Assembly: GCA_051003195.1 (NCBI GenBank)
Contig: JBPCLP010000006.1
Location: 1-24,007 of the forward strand
Direction of reading: 5' to 3'
DNA length: 24,007 bases
DNA from: Candidatus Sumerlaeaceae bacterium
GTDB lineage: Bacteria; Sumerlaeota; Sumerlaeia; Sumerlaeales; Sumerlaeaceae
How positions within the stretch are numbered: position 1 is the first letter of the stretch; every line of letters begins with the position of its first letter. The position numbers and the translations under genes are program-made. The notes beneath the pieces are model-generated. The model was not told the DNA's origin. It did no database searches and was given only the letters and a program-made list of their open reading frames with translations. This document shows positions 1 through 8,040 of this stretch, piece after piece.

Positions 1-1
1 C

Positions 2-2575
2 AAGGTCGACGACGGCGGGAGTACCACAACATACTACTATCTCAACGAAGGTTCCACAACCGCGCCGATCTGGGATAAGATCCATGTCATGGCGATTGAA
101 AAGGGCGACGGCAGCCGCACCGACTACGAGCGCGACGCCAATTATCGTGTTACGGGCATTAAGCGTCCTCTGAATCGTAATACTTATTTTGGCTATGACA
201 GCGCAGGCAATCAGGTCTGGAAGAAAGACCCGATGGGCAACACCTGGTTCTATCGCTACGACGGTCTCGGTCGTCTGACCGAGGAAGAAGATCCCACCAG
301 CGGTACCACCCGGCACGGCTACAATACCAGAGGCCAGGTAACGGTCACCACCGACACCGAGGGCCGCGCGACCACGTACACTTATGACGGCAGCGGACGT
401 CGCACAGCCGGCACTTCACTAGGCGTGACCACTACATTCGCGTTCGACGCGTTCGATCGCCTCACCACCACCACCGACCAGCTCGGCAACAAAACCGTTG
501 CAGGTTACGACGCGCTCAACCGACAGGTTTCAACCACGGATCCAATGGGAAACAAGACCCGCCAGGTTTATCACGCCTACTCTAACCTGCTGAAGAACGT
601 CATCTTCGCAGACGATTCAATTACGACCTACAGCTACGACGCCAATGACAGGCTCACGACCTACACCAATGAGCGAGGCAAGAACCGGGTATATGGCTAC
701 GACCTCCTCGGACGAAAAGTCAGCGAGAAGAATCCGCTGGGCCAGACAACGACGTTCAGCTACGGTGCGGGTACTGGTTGCAGTTCCTGTTCCGGTGGAG
801 CATCCAGTCACCTGATGTCAAAGACAGATCCTGCCAATCGCACGAGTTACTTTGACTACGAGACCACCAGCGGACGGTTATGGCGTAAACGGTTCTCCGG
901 CAGTAGTGACACAGTTAGCTACAGTTACGACGCCGCCGGGCGCAAAATACGTACGATAGACACCCGCCTGCCCAGCGCCGACCTCGGCAGTCAGAGGTTT
1001 GCCTGGGCGTATGACGCCAACGACCGGCTGACTTCCGAAACTTACCCGGACGGTGTGTCCGTTCGATGGAGCTTTGATGCACTCGGCCGTCGCCGAACTC
1101 TCACCGATCCCCACGACAACTGGACCACCTATACCTACAACACGTCCGCAAATAACAAGAAACTTTCATCGATCAATCACGGATTGCTTGGTCAGACCAA
1201 TTACACCTATTCCTCTACCACCGGACTTCAAACCGACGAAAGTTATCCGAATCAAACCGCTAATCTCTACTCGTATGATGCTTTGAGCCGGGTCAGCTCC
1301 ATCGAGAGCACAAGCGATAACATTGGGGCGAACTTCCACTACGAGGCATACACGTACAACGCGAAATCAATACGTACACGCATCGACTTTCGCGATGACA
1401 GCAACACGATCGACTGGTATAAGATCTACGGTTACGACAAACGCCTGCGCCTGACGGACGAGTATCGCTTCAGTACAAACAATGCCCAGTTGTACGGCAA
1501 CCGCTTCACTTACGATGCCGGCGGCAATCGAACCCAACTCAACGCCCATAACATCAGTACAACATCCACTTACACCTATGACTACAACGATGCAGATCAA
1601 CTGACGTTCCGTTACCTGCCCACGTCTGACGCTGATGAATTCTATTACGACTCAAACGGCAACCTGCAAACTGACGACGAGTTTTTTACTCCGAGCCGAT
1701 TCTACACTCACAACCGCGAGAACCGACTCGAGCAATTCGAACTCGATGGCGTGAACCAGGTGTCCTACACCTACGATGACTCCGGACGCCTGTTGCTACG
1801 CACCGGTACTGATGGCACAAAAAGCAAGTACTACTACGACGGCATCAACCAGCTTCTGACAAAGGAAAGGCCCAGCGGCGGAGTCTGGCGGCCGAAGAAA
1901 GTTAACTTATTAAAGCAAGCCAGCATTGGTCAGATCCTCGCCCACCAGGAGTATACCGCTTGGAGCGGTTCCACACCCTCCGCGTGGAATAACCGCTGGT
2001 ACCACTACGACCTGCTGGGGAACACCACCGCCCTCAGCAACCAGAATGGCATTCCCGCGGATCAGTACGACATGGAAGCCTTCGGCACGGTCCGCAGCGG
2101 CTCACAGGCTGGCGCTCACCTGACCACCAAAGAATGGGATGCAGACGCTGGATTGTATTACTTTAGCGCAAGGTGGTTAGATAGTCGTTCTGGTCAGTTT
2201 TTGGAGCATAGCCCACTTCGGCATGATAAAGAACAGCCGTACGCAATTTCTCAGAATTCCCCGACTCGGTATGTTGATCCAAGTGGAAAGCAATTTTCCG
2301 ACGACGATGAGACCGGTGGAGGAACAGAACACGGCACATGCCCTGAGTGCCCAGTGCCCCTTCCGCCACCTTGCCCCTGTAGCCCAGAAGACATGGAAAA
2401 GTGTTATTTGGACAATTTGCAGTGTCACGAAAGAGCGGGAAATCAATGTGGAGCATTGGCCATCGCCTGTTTACTCAATCCGAACGCTTGCATCGCTGCT
2501 GCGCTTATGTGTGGCACTCTGCATTACAATTGCGAGTCAGACTATGACGATTGCATCGAGCGCTGCAGCAACTAA
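2..2575 (+). CDS. RHS/YD-repeat protein (polymorphic toxin), 5'-truncated by window edge, with a ~95 aa Cys-rich C-terminal tip
   Basis: Many YD repeats (YRYDGLGRL, YTYDGSGRR, YSYDANDRL). RHS-associated core motifs YHYDLLGN, YDMEAFG, DADAGLYYFSARWLD and NSPTRYVDPSG. The frame is open from base 2, so the true start lies upstream of the window. Confidence 0.95.
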   Translation, partial: KVDDGGSTTTYYYLNEGSTTAPIWDKIHVMAIEKGDGSRTDYERDANYRVTGIKRPLNRNTYFGYDSAGNQVWKKDPMGNTWFYRYDGLGRLTEEEDPTSGTTRHGYNTRGQVTVTTDTEGRATTYTYDGSGRRTAGTSLGVTTTFAFDAFDRLTTTTDQLGNKTVAGYDALNRQVSTTDPMGNKTRQVYHAYSNLLKNVIFADDSITTYSYDANDRLTTYTNERGKNRVYGYDLLGRKVSEKNPLGQTTTFSYGAGTGCSSCSGGASSHLMSKTDPANRTSYFDYETTSGRLWRKRFSGSSDTVSYSYDAAGRKIRTIDTRLPSADLGSQRFAWAYDANDRLTSETYPDGVSVRWSFDALGRRRTLTDPHDNWTTYTYNTSANNKKLSSINHGLLGQTNYTYSSTTGLQTDESYPNQTANLYSYDALSRVSSIESTSDNIGANFHYEAYTYNAKSIRTRIDFRDDSNTIDWYKIYGYDKRLRLTDEYRFSTNNAQLYGNRFTYDAGGNRTQLNAHNISTTSTYTYDYNDADQLTFRYLPTSDADEFYYDSNGNLQTDDEFFTPSRFYTHNRENRLEQFELDGVNQVSYTYDDSGRLLLRTGTDGTKSKYYYDGINQLLTKERPSGGVWRPKKVNLLKQASIGQILAHQEYTAWSGSTPSAWNNRWYHYDLLGNTTALSNQNGIPADQYDMEAFGTVRSGSQAGAHLTTKEWDADAGLYYFSARWLDSRSGQFLEHSPLRHDKEQPYAISQNSPTRYVDPSGKQFSDDDETGGGTEHGTCPECPVPLPPPCPCSPEDMEKCYLDNLQCHERAGNQCGALAIACLLNPNACIAAALMCGTLHYNCESDYDDCIERCSN

Positions 2576-2701
2576 AAGGGGTGGCTTTCTCCAGCCGTCA
2601 AAAAGAACGCTGCTTCCGCAACATAGACCGTCACCGATATGATCTACTTCCACTGCTCCATGCTTCATACATATCATATTCAGAATTCCGGGAAGAACCA
2701 G

Positions 2702-3217
2702 ATGCTTAATGAACGAACGGCACGATCTTCGGACTTCGCAAATGGGCCTCGGTCAATGCGCGGATGCTTGTACTGCTCAGCTCCGATCACTTTATTCTTG
2801 TTCGGTATAGTATTGTACGATTTAATGCCTGCCTTTACACTGGCTGGTCGTCGCGAGCGGTTCAAGGAGATAGCAAGAGTAGGCGTTCCGCGCAGGGAAG
2901 TCCTACCTCGACTTGAACGCGACTACGTTAGAACAAAAAGTAAATATGCAGGACCTGAAGAAGACGTATTCCTTATCAATTCAAGCGGCTCAATTATTTT
3001 AATGACAACATCAGGATTTGCCGCCGTTCTAAATGGCCGCCGATTGTCCGCTCATCTTCGGAATCTCGGCTCTGATCGAGCATCTGTTGTCTACGATCTC
3101 GAAACCAGTACTATCAAGCAATTAAGATTCACTTCTGACGGGGCAAAGCTTTGGCTTGATCATGAAGAACGATTGGAGCGATTTAGACGGAGTTCTGCTA
3201 AAAAGGGAAGCAAGTGA
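2702..3217 (+). CDS. Hypothetical membrane-anchored protein, candidate immunity protein for the RHS tip
   Basis: Directly downstream of the RHS gene on the same strand, with similarly lower GC. One N-terminal hydrophobic segment (PITLFLFGIVLY). Start is uncertain (2639, 2660, 2702 or 2756). Immunity role is inferred from position only. Confidence 0.6.
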   Translation: MLNERTARSSDFANGPRSMRGCLYCSAPITLFLFGIVLYDLMPAFTLAGRRERFKEIARVGVPRREVLPRLERDYVRTKSKYAGPEEDVFLINSSGSIILMTTSGFAAVLNGRRLSAHLRNLGSDRASVVYDLETSTIKQLRFTSDGAKLWLDHEERLERFRRSSAKKGSK

Positions 3218-3299
3218 AATTCGGACTAACCGGGGACGGTTGACGTGTTCACTAATTAATTTGCTAGCGTCAGCGATACTCGCGACAAGATCAGTTGCA

Positions 3300-3474
3300 G
3301 GGCTAACTTACGGGAACGGGGCGAACTTCCGGTTCGCGCGCTCGACGATCAATCTTTCTTACGGAAGGCCTCATCAGCATGGCACCTCGAAGCAAGGACC
3401 CTCATCCGGAATTGCCGGCACGCACCCGCGCGCGTTCGCCCAAAAATCGTTTTCGACTTTGTTGGAGTTAGCCC
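3300..3474. repeat. Nested imperfect inverted repeat (~175 bp)
   Basis: GGGCTAACT (3300-3308) / AGTTAGCCC (3466-3474); GGGCGAAC (3319-3326) / GTTCGCCC (3434-3441); TTCCGG (3327-3332) / CCGGAA (3406-3411). Confidence 0.55.
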
Positions 3475-3549
3475 ACCTTAAGGGAACGCCAGGGAAGTGA
3501 CACGCCCCCCCAACCTGGTGTATACCTGACCCCGTAGTAAGCTGAACGT

Positions 3550-3562
3550 GTTCTTTGAAAAC
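3550..3562 (+). promoter_or_regulatory. boxA-like antitermination motif (GTTCTTTGAAAAC)
   Basis: Matches the boxA form seen in many bacterial rRNA leaders. It follows a weak promoter-like pair, GTGACA (3497-3502) N18 TATACC (3521-3526). Confidence 0.4.
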
Positions 3563-3714
3563 TATGCAGGCCGAACGCCGCGACCGACGGCAAAGGGACT
3601 TCTTCGACCAATCCGCGTGGCTTCTGTGTCTTTGCGCCTGGCGGAAAAAGCCGCCCATCGCGCAAGGAAGCCGGAAATCCACGGCCCCGGCGAATTATTA
3701 CGCGAGGATGACCG

Positions 3715-3817
3715 TTTTTCAAGTGGCGAAATTACCCATTTTTTCAAGTTTGATTTATCTGCAAGCCTTTCAAGCTTCTACACGCCAAACTTGAAAAAAA
3801 CTTGAAAAACTTGAAAA
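3715..3817. repeat. Inverted array of TTTCAAG / CTTGAAA units
   Basis: Three TTTCAAG copies face three tandem CTTGAAA copies. Includes a perfect 14-bp inverted repeat TTTTTTCAAGTTTG (3739-3752) / CAAACTTGAAAAAA (3786-3799). Confidence 0.8.
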
Positions 3818-4036
3818 GCCTCCACCCGCCACCACTAGCACCCTCCGACGTTCATATCAGTCGTTGTTATTCGTGCGATTCGTGGATAAAAACTACCGCT
3901 GTATCGCACCCAAAAACCAGGAGATATCCACAGCCCGCGCCATCATCAAGTTCCAAACCAGTGCACGCACTCCAATTTCAGATGTCGCTTCGCACGCCTT
4001 TGCTCGCACTGAGTTTACAGGCCACTTCGAATCAAA

Positions 4037-4141
4037 AGTTCAAGAGCACAAATTCATTTTGTGCGCTTGAACTCCAAACCCAACAACCTCAACCGTCCAA
4101 CCCCTGCACAAAATACGACGAATTTGTGCTCTTGAACTCCA
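4037..4141. repeat. Long hairpin with a perfect 19-bp outer stem and an alternative inner pairing
   Basis: AGTTCAAGAGCACAAATTC (4037-4055) / GAATTTGTGCTCTTGAACT (4120-4138). Inner ATTTTGTGC (4056-4064) / GCACAAAAT (4106-4114). Direct repeat TTTGTGC[G/T]CTTGAACTCCA at ~4058 and ~4123. Confidence 0.85.
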
Positions 4142-4299
4142 CAAAAAAACACCGCCGTGAGGCGCGCCTTTGCTAATGTGCCGCCTCGACCCTCAAGCTC
4201 GCTAAAAAACTTGGACCGTTCCATGTTTTTCAGATTGAAACGCCCTGTTCCGAAGTAGTAGAGATGGACCATCCATTATACTGTGCGGAGGAAAATGAA

Positions 4300-6066
4300 G
4301 TGAAACTAAAGATTTTCGCGTTTGCAGCACTAACCGGCCTGATTCCAGCCCTTGGTGCTTCAGCTGCCATTGAGGGATTTGAGACCAATACTGACCCCGG
4401 AAACTGGCAGGCGTCCTCGCCCGCCGGACAGACTCAGAACGCCACTAACCCTGTATCCACAGACACGCCTAAGTTCGTCGCGGCGCATGTCACGGAAGGC
4501 ACACTGGCAGGGGAGTTTGTTACAACCTGGACCATTCCGGGAGCGGCTGCCGGCAGCAACTCGTTCGTTTCCGGAGGGCCGTTGACATACTGGTCAATAC
4601 GCTATAACTGCAATGCTCCGGCTTCCCTGACCGGAAACTCGTTGAGTAACACGGCTATTCTCGTAGCGGATGTTTTTAATAACAACCCGTACCCCATTCA
4701 ACTATCGCTCGTGGTGGATTCTGCATCCTCGACACAGCTTGAGCGCGGTCCACTTGTCAGTTTCCCTGCTAACAGCGCCGGCACCTACACATGGAACCTC
4801 GGCACCACGCCGGCAACGGGATGGGTTACTGGTGACGGGACTATTACCTATCCTGCCCGTCTCAAGACTATCCTCCTTTACACAGAAACAGAACCCACCA
4901 GCAATCTGAACAGCTTTTTCATTGATAACATCCGGAACTCCAATGCGCAGACGGATGTTACCGCTCCTGCTCCCCCCGTACCGTACAGTGCTAAACAGGG
5001 CCCGAATTCAGGGGATGTTGTCCTGACCTGGAAGGCAAACACTGAACCAGACCTGGCCCAGTATAAAATTTTCGCAGCAACCGATGCGAACTTCCATGCA
5101 CCGACATTCAACCGATTGACGTTCCCAGCCACCGCCATCGCAACCGCTGCGGCGGGTGCGACAAATATCACCCTGACCGGTCAGGCCACTGGCTCCAACC
5201 TGTATTATAAGATCACGGCTGTAGATAATGCTACGCCACAGGCTAATGAATCTGTCAGCAACGTCGTTCTGGGCGTAAGGCTCAGCCCGACCGGCGCTGC
5301 ACCTGCGGATCGCGTGATTATCGATGCCGATCGCAACGTACCGGGCAGTTCCTCATTCACCGATGAAGGCTACTTCCATGCTATCGTTTACGATGGCATC
5401 GCTCTGAACGGCCTCAGCCGCACCTACGACAGTGGAACTGCAGCCGCGGTGGATGCAGGGTTGCTGACACTTACCCCCAGCGCAACCGGTGCGGTAATCT
5501 GGTCTAACCTTCTGGACGGAAGTTCAACCTCCAGCGTCGCGCTCACGACGCAGAGTGTCACGGCGCTTACCGCTTTTAACACGGCGGACGGTAACCTGCT
5601 GATTTCCGGCGCAGGTCTGGCCGAGGATCTCAGCACGCGTGGTGCTTCGACGCAGGCGTTTCTCACGAACGTGCTGAAGAGCTCGCTCGTGAACCCTAAT
5701 AGCGGTTCCACGACTGCGACCATCTCGGGCACCGGTGTGCTGAGCGGGTTTACGGGTAACACAAACATCAGCGTATTCATCAATAACCAGGTAGCATTCC
5801 AGACGTCATCCAACGAGGTGCTCCAGGCTCTTAGCGGGAGCGTTGGTGCTGCCGAGTATAGCAACGTGCCGAACACCACCGGTTATGCAGCAGTGGTAAA
5901 CGGCAATAAGGTCGTTCATCTGGGCTTTGGCTTCGAAAGCATTGGTGATTCCGCCGGTGCAACCAACAGCCAGACCGTGCGGCAGACACTGCTGAACTCC
6001 GCGATTACCTATCTGCTGGCCGGCCCTACGCCTGCAGCCGCAAGCGATTGGCAACTGCTCGAATAG
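4300..6066 (+). CDS. Secreted T/S/A/G/N-rich protein with an N-terminal beta-sandwich-like region, an FN3-like domain and a C-terminal AAASDWQLLE motif
   Basis: GGAGG RBS (4287-4291) before GTG at 4300. Signal peptide MKLKIFAFAALTGLIPALGASA. FN3-like signature DVTAPAPP...VVLTWKANTEPDLAQYKI...LYYKITAVDNATPQANES. Confidence 0.85.
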   Translation: MKLKIFAFAALTGLIPALGASAAIEGFETNTDPGNWQASSPAGQTQNATNPVSTDTPKFVAAHVTEGTLAGEFVTTWTIPGAAAGSNSFVSGGPLTYWSIRYNCNAPASLTGNSLSNTAILVADVFNNNPYPIQLSLVVDSASSTQLERGPLVSFPANSAGTYTWNLGTTPATGWVTGDGTITYPARLKTILLYTETEPTSNLNSFFIDNIRNSNAQTDVTAPAPPVPYSAKQGPNSGDVVLTWKANTEPDLAQYKIFAATDANFHAPTFNRLTFPATAIATAAAGATNITLTGQATGSNLYYKITAVDNATPQANESVSNVVLGVRLSPTGAAPADRVIIDADRNVPGSSSFTDEGYFHAIVYDGIALNGLSRTYDSGTAAAVDAGLLTLTPSATGAVIWSNLLDGSSTSSVALTTQSVTALTAFNTADGNLLISGAGLAEDLSTRGASTQAFLTNVLKSSLVNPNSGSTTATISGTGVLSGFTGNTNISVFINNQVAFQTSSNEVLQALSGSVGAAEYSNVPNTTGYAAVVNGNKVVHLGFGFESIGDSAGATNSQTVRQTLLNSAITYLLAGPTPAAASDWQLLE

Positions 6067-6080
6067 CAAAACAGCAACAC

Positions 6081-6118
6081 GGTCTCCACGCCAGGTTCGG
6101 CGTGGAGACCTTTTTTTT
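6081..6118 (+). terminator. Rho-independent terminator
   Basis: 12-bp perfect stem GGTCTCCACGCC / GGCGTGGAGACC with a 6-nt loop, followed by T8. Confidence 0.92.
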
Positions 6119-6142
6119 ACCTAAAGACAGATCTCACGCTCG

Positions 6143-7063
6143 CTAGGAGGGAGCCGGTCCGGTTTCTCGTCGGAAGTAAGCCCGGATGCCGGCGAGGATT
6201 CCTGCGGCTGTCGCGAAGTCCCGGCGAACAAGCGCGTAGCCGCCGCTGAGGCCGATCCAGCGGAACGCGAAGAATGGCACGAACGTGAGCAGGTGGTACC
6301 ATCGGCGATGCTTCGCGTGCACGCGAAGGATGTTTCGGGTGACCAGGTGGATGCGTCGGCGCTGCCCGCTGGCGCGGCGGCTGTCGTAGCCTTCGCGGTG
6401 CCACAGAATGGCATCGGGCACATAGCGGATTCGGTAACCGGCCCGCGTGATGCGTATCGAGTAGTCGGTGTCTTCGTTGTAGATGAAGAGGTCGTTGTCG
6501 AGCAGGCCGATTTTGTCGACGACGTCGCGTTTCACGCATAACGCGCAGCCGGTAATGAAGGTGCAGTCTGCCGGGCTGGCATAGCGTGCGTCGTCGGCTT
6601 TGTCGCGCAGGCCCCGGTGTTTGGCGATGCCGCGCCACAGCGAAAAGTCGCCGCCTGCGCACCAGATGCGGTCGGGATGATCGTGGAATAGTATTTTCGG
6701 TGTGACGGCGCCGAGTGCCGGATCGGCGCTGAGGGTGCTCATGATCGCGCCGAGGCAGTCTTCGTGGAGGATGGTGTCGTTGTTGAGGAGGAGCAGTGCG
6801 CCGCAGCCGCGGTCCAGGGCGCGCTGCATGCCGACGTTGTTGCCGCCGGTAAAGCCGAGGTTCTCGCCTGTGGGGATGACCTCGACCTCGGGGTAGTCGT
6901 GGCGGATGGTTTCGACCGAGTCGTCGGTGGAGCCGTTGTCGACGACGATGGTGTAGAAGTCCACAAACCGCGACTTGCGGAGCGACGCCAGGCAATCGGT
7001 GGTCACCGCGCAACCGTTCAGGTTTAATATTATAACAGCTAATTTGTTATCCACGAATCTCAT
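6143..7063 (-). CDS. Glycosyltransferase family 2 (WbbL/RfbF-like)
   Basis: VIILNLNG, IVVDNGSTD, NLGFTGGNNVG, LLLNND, ITGCALCV, GLLDNDLFIYNEDTDY. Confidence 0.92.
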   Translation of the reverse strand: MRFVDNKLAVIILNLNGCAVTTDCLASLRKSRFVDFYTIVVDNGSTDDSVETIRHDYPEVEVIPTGENLGFTGGNNVGMQRALDRGCGALLLLNNDTILHEDCLGAIMSTLSADPALGAVTPKILFHDHPDRIWCAGGDFSLWRGIAKHRGLRDKADDARYASPADCTFITGCALCVKRDVVDKIGLLDNDLFIYNEDTDYSIRITRAGYRIRYVPDAILWHREGYDSRRASGQRRRIHLVTRNILRVHAKHRRWYHLLTFVPFFAFRWIGLSGGYALVRRDFATAAGILAGIRAYFRRETGPAPS

Positions 7064-7114
7064 GAAAGGACACGAATCATCGCACTAGTCGCTTCCACTG
7101 CAGCTTGTAATCCG

Positions 7115-7933
7115 CTAATCTTCAGTAACAGCAGCTTCCTGAACGCTTTCGTGGATGGGCGCGTGGCGGCTGATTCCACGGACGCTTTTGCGGATGAAGT
7201 CCACGAGTTCCTGGACGGGGGCAACTCCGGGGTATTCGGTTTCGAGTCGCTCCACCGCCTGGGGTACGTTGAGCCCGCTGCGGTACAGAATGCGGTAAGC
7301 TTCCTTAATCTGCTTACGTGTCAGCAGATCGTAACCGGCGCGCCGCAGACCCACGGTGTTGAGCCCGTGGATGAGTGAAATGCCGTCTACCATCATAAAT
7401 GGAGGAACATCCTTGATCACCTTGGACAATCCGCCGATCATGGCCAGCCGCCCAATGCGGACATACTGATGCACGGCAACGTTGCCACTGATGTTTGCGG
7501 AGTCTTCGACATGCGTGTGCCCGGCCAGCAGGGACCCGTTTGCCATGATGACGTTGTTTTGCACTGTCGCGTCGTGCGCGACATGCGACAGCGCCATCAG
7601 AAAATTGTTATCGCCGAGCACAGTTTCCTGCCCAGGATGATAGGCGCGGTGGATGGTGACGTACTCTCGAATGACATTATGGTTACCGATACGGACGCCA
7701 CTGTCGCCGCCCTTGTAGGCGAGGTGCTGTGGCGCATGGCCTATGATCGCGCCCATGTGGATCTCGTTGTCTTCGCCTATGATGGTGCGGCCAGAAAGGT
7801 GGGCGTTCGCCAGGATGCGCGTGCGTGCGCCGATGCGGACCGGCCCGTCGATGATGACGTGCGGCCCGATCTCAGCCGAGCTGTCGATTTCAGCGGAGCG
7901 GTCGATAATCGCTGTGGGGTGAATCTGCGGCAA
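7115..7933 (-). CDS. lpxA: Acyl-ACP--UDP-N-acetylglucosamine O-acyltransferase
   Basis: IHPTAIID, hexapeptide repeats, IREYVTIHR, catalytic SHVAHD, KDVPPF and GLNTVGLRRAG. Likely TTG start at 7933 behind a GGAG RBS; the ORF track extends to 8011. Confidence 0.9.
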   Translation of the reverse strand: MPQIHPTAIIDRSAEIDSSAEIGPHVIIDGPVRIGARTRILANAHLSGRTIIGEDNEIHMGAIIGHAPQHLAYKGGDSGVRIGNHNVIREYVTIHRAYHPGQETVLGDNNFLMALSHVAHDATVQNNVIMANGSLLAGHTHVEDSANISGNVAVHQYVRIGRLAMIGGLSKVIKDVPPFMMVDGISLIHGLNTVGLRRAGYDLLTRKQIKEAYRILYRSGLNVPQAVERLETEYPGVAPVQELVDFIRKSVRGISRHAPIHESVQEAAVTED

Positions 7934-7977
7934 GAGGTCTCCGGGTGCTGTTATTTGTGGTTGTATACAGCGGAAAC

Positions 7978-8006
7978 AAAAAAAGAATGCCCCGCACCGC
8001 GGGGCA
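7978..8006 (-). terminator. Rho-independent terminator downstream of gspG
   Basis: Stem TGCCCCGC / GCGGGGCA (7988-8006) with a 3-nt loop, followed on the minus strand by TTCTTTTTTT. Confidence 0.75.
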
Positions 8007-8040
8007 GACAAACGGAAAAGATTTCCCGGCGAATTTGGAC

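Noticed and set aside
3580..3690. c-di-GMP-I riboswitch or SRP RNA
   Set aside because: GGCAAA and GGAAG fragments are present, but the GNRA/receptor architecture and the SRP loop consensus are not.
3715..4141. Possible CRISPR array suggested by boxA plus repeats
   Set aside because: No run of equal-length direct repeats with unique spacers (only two 19-bp copies), and no cas genes.
3156..4272. Several 60-125 aa ORFs in the large spacer
   Set aside because: They overlap on both strands, lack RBS and recognisable motifs, and run through palindromic repeats.
6117..7013. 298-aa Arg/His/Pro-rich ORF overlapping GT2 on the same strand
   Set aside because: Alternative-frame shadow of a high-GC gene; the GT2 frame carries all the family motifs.
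3877..7059. Transposon bounded by the 13-bp inverted repeats
   Set aside because: No transposase or recombinase inside, no target duplication seen, and one copy overlaps the GT2 start.
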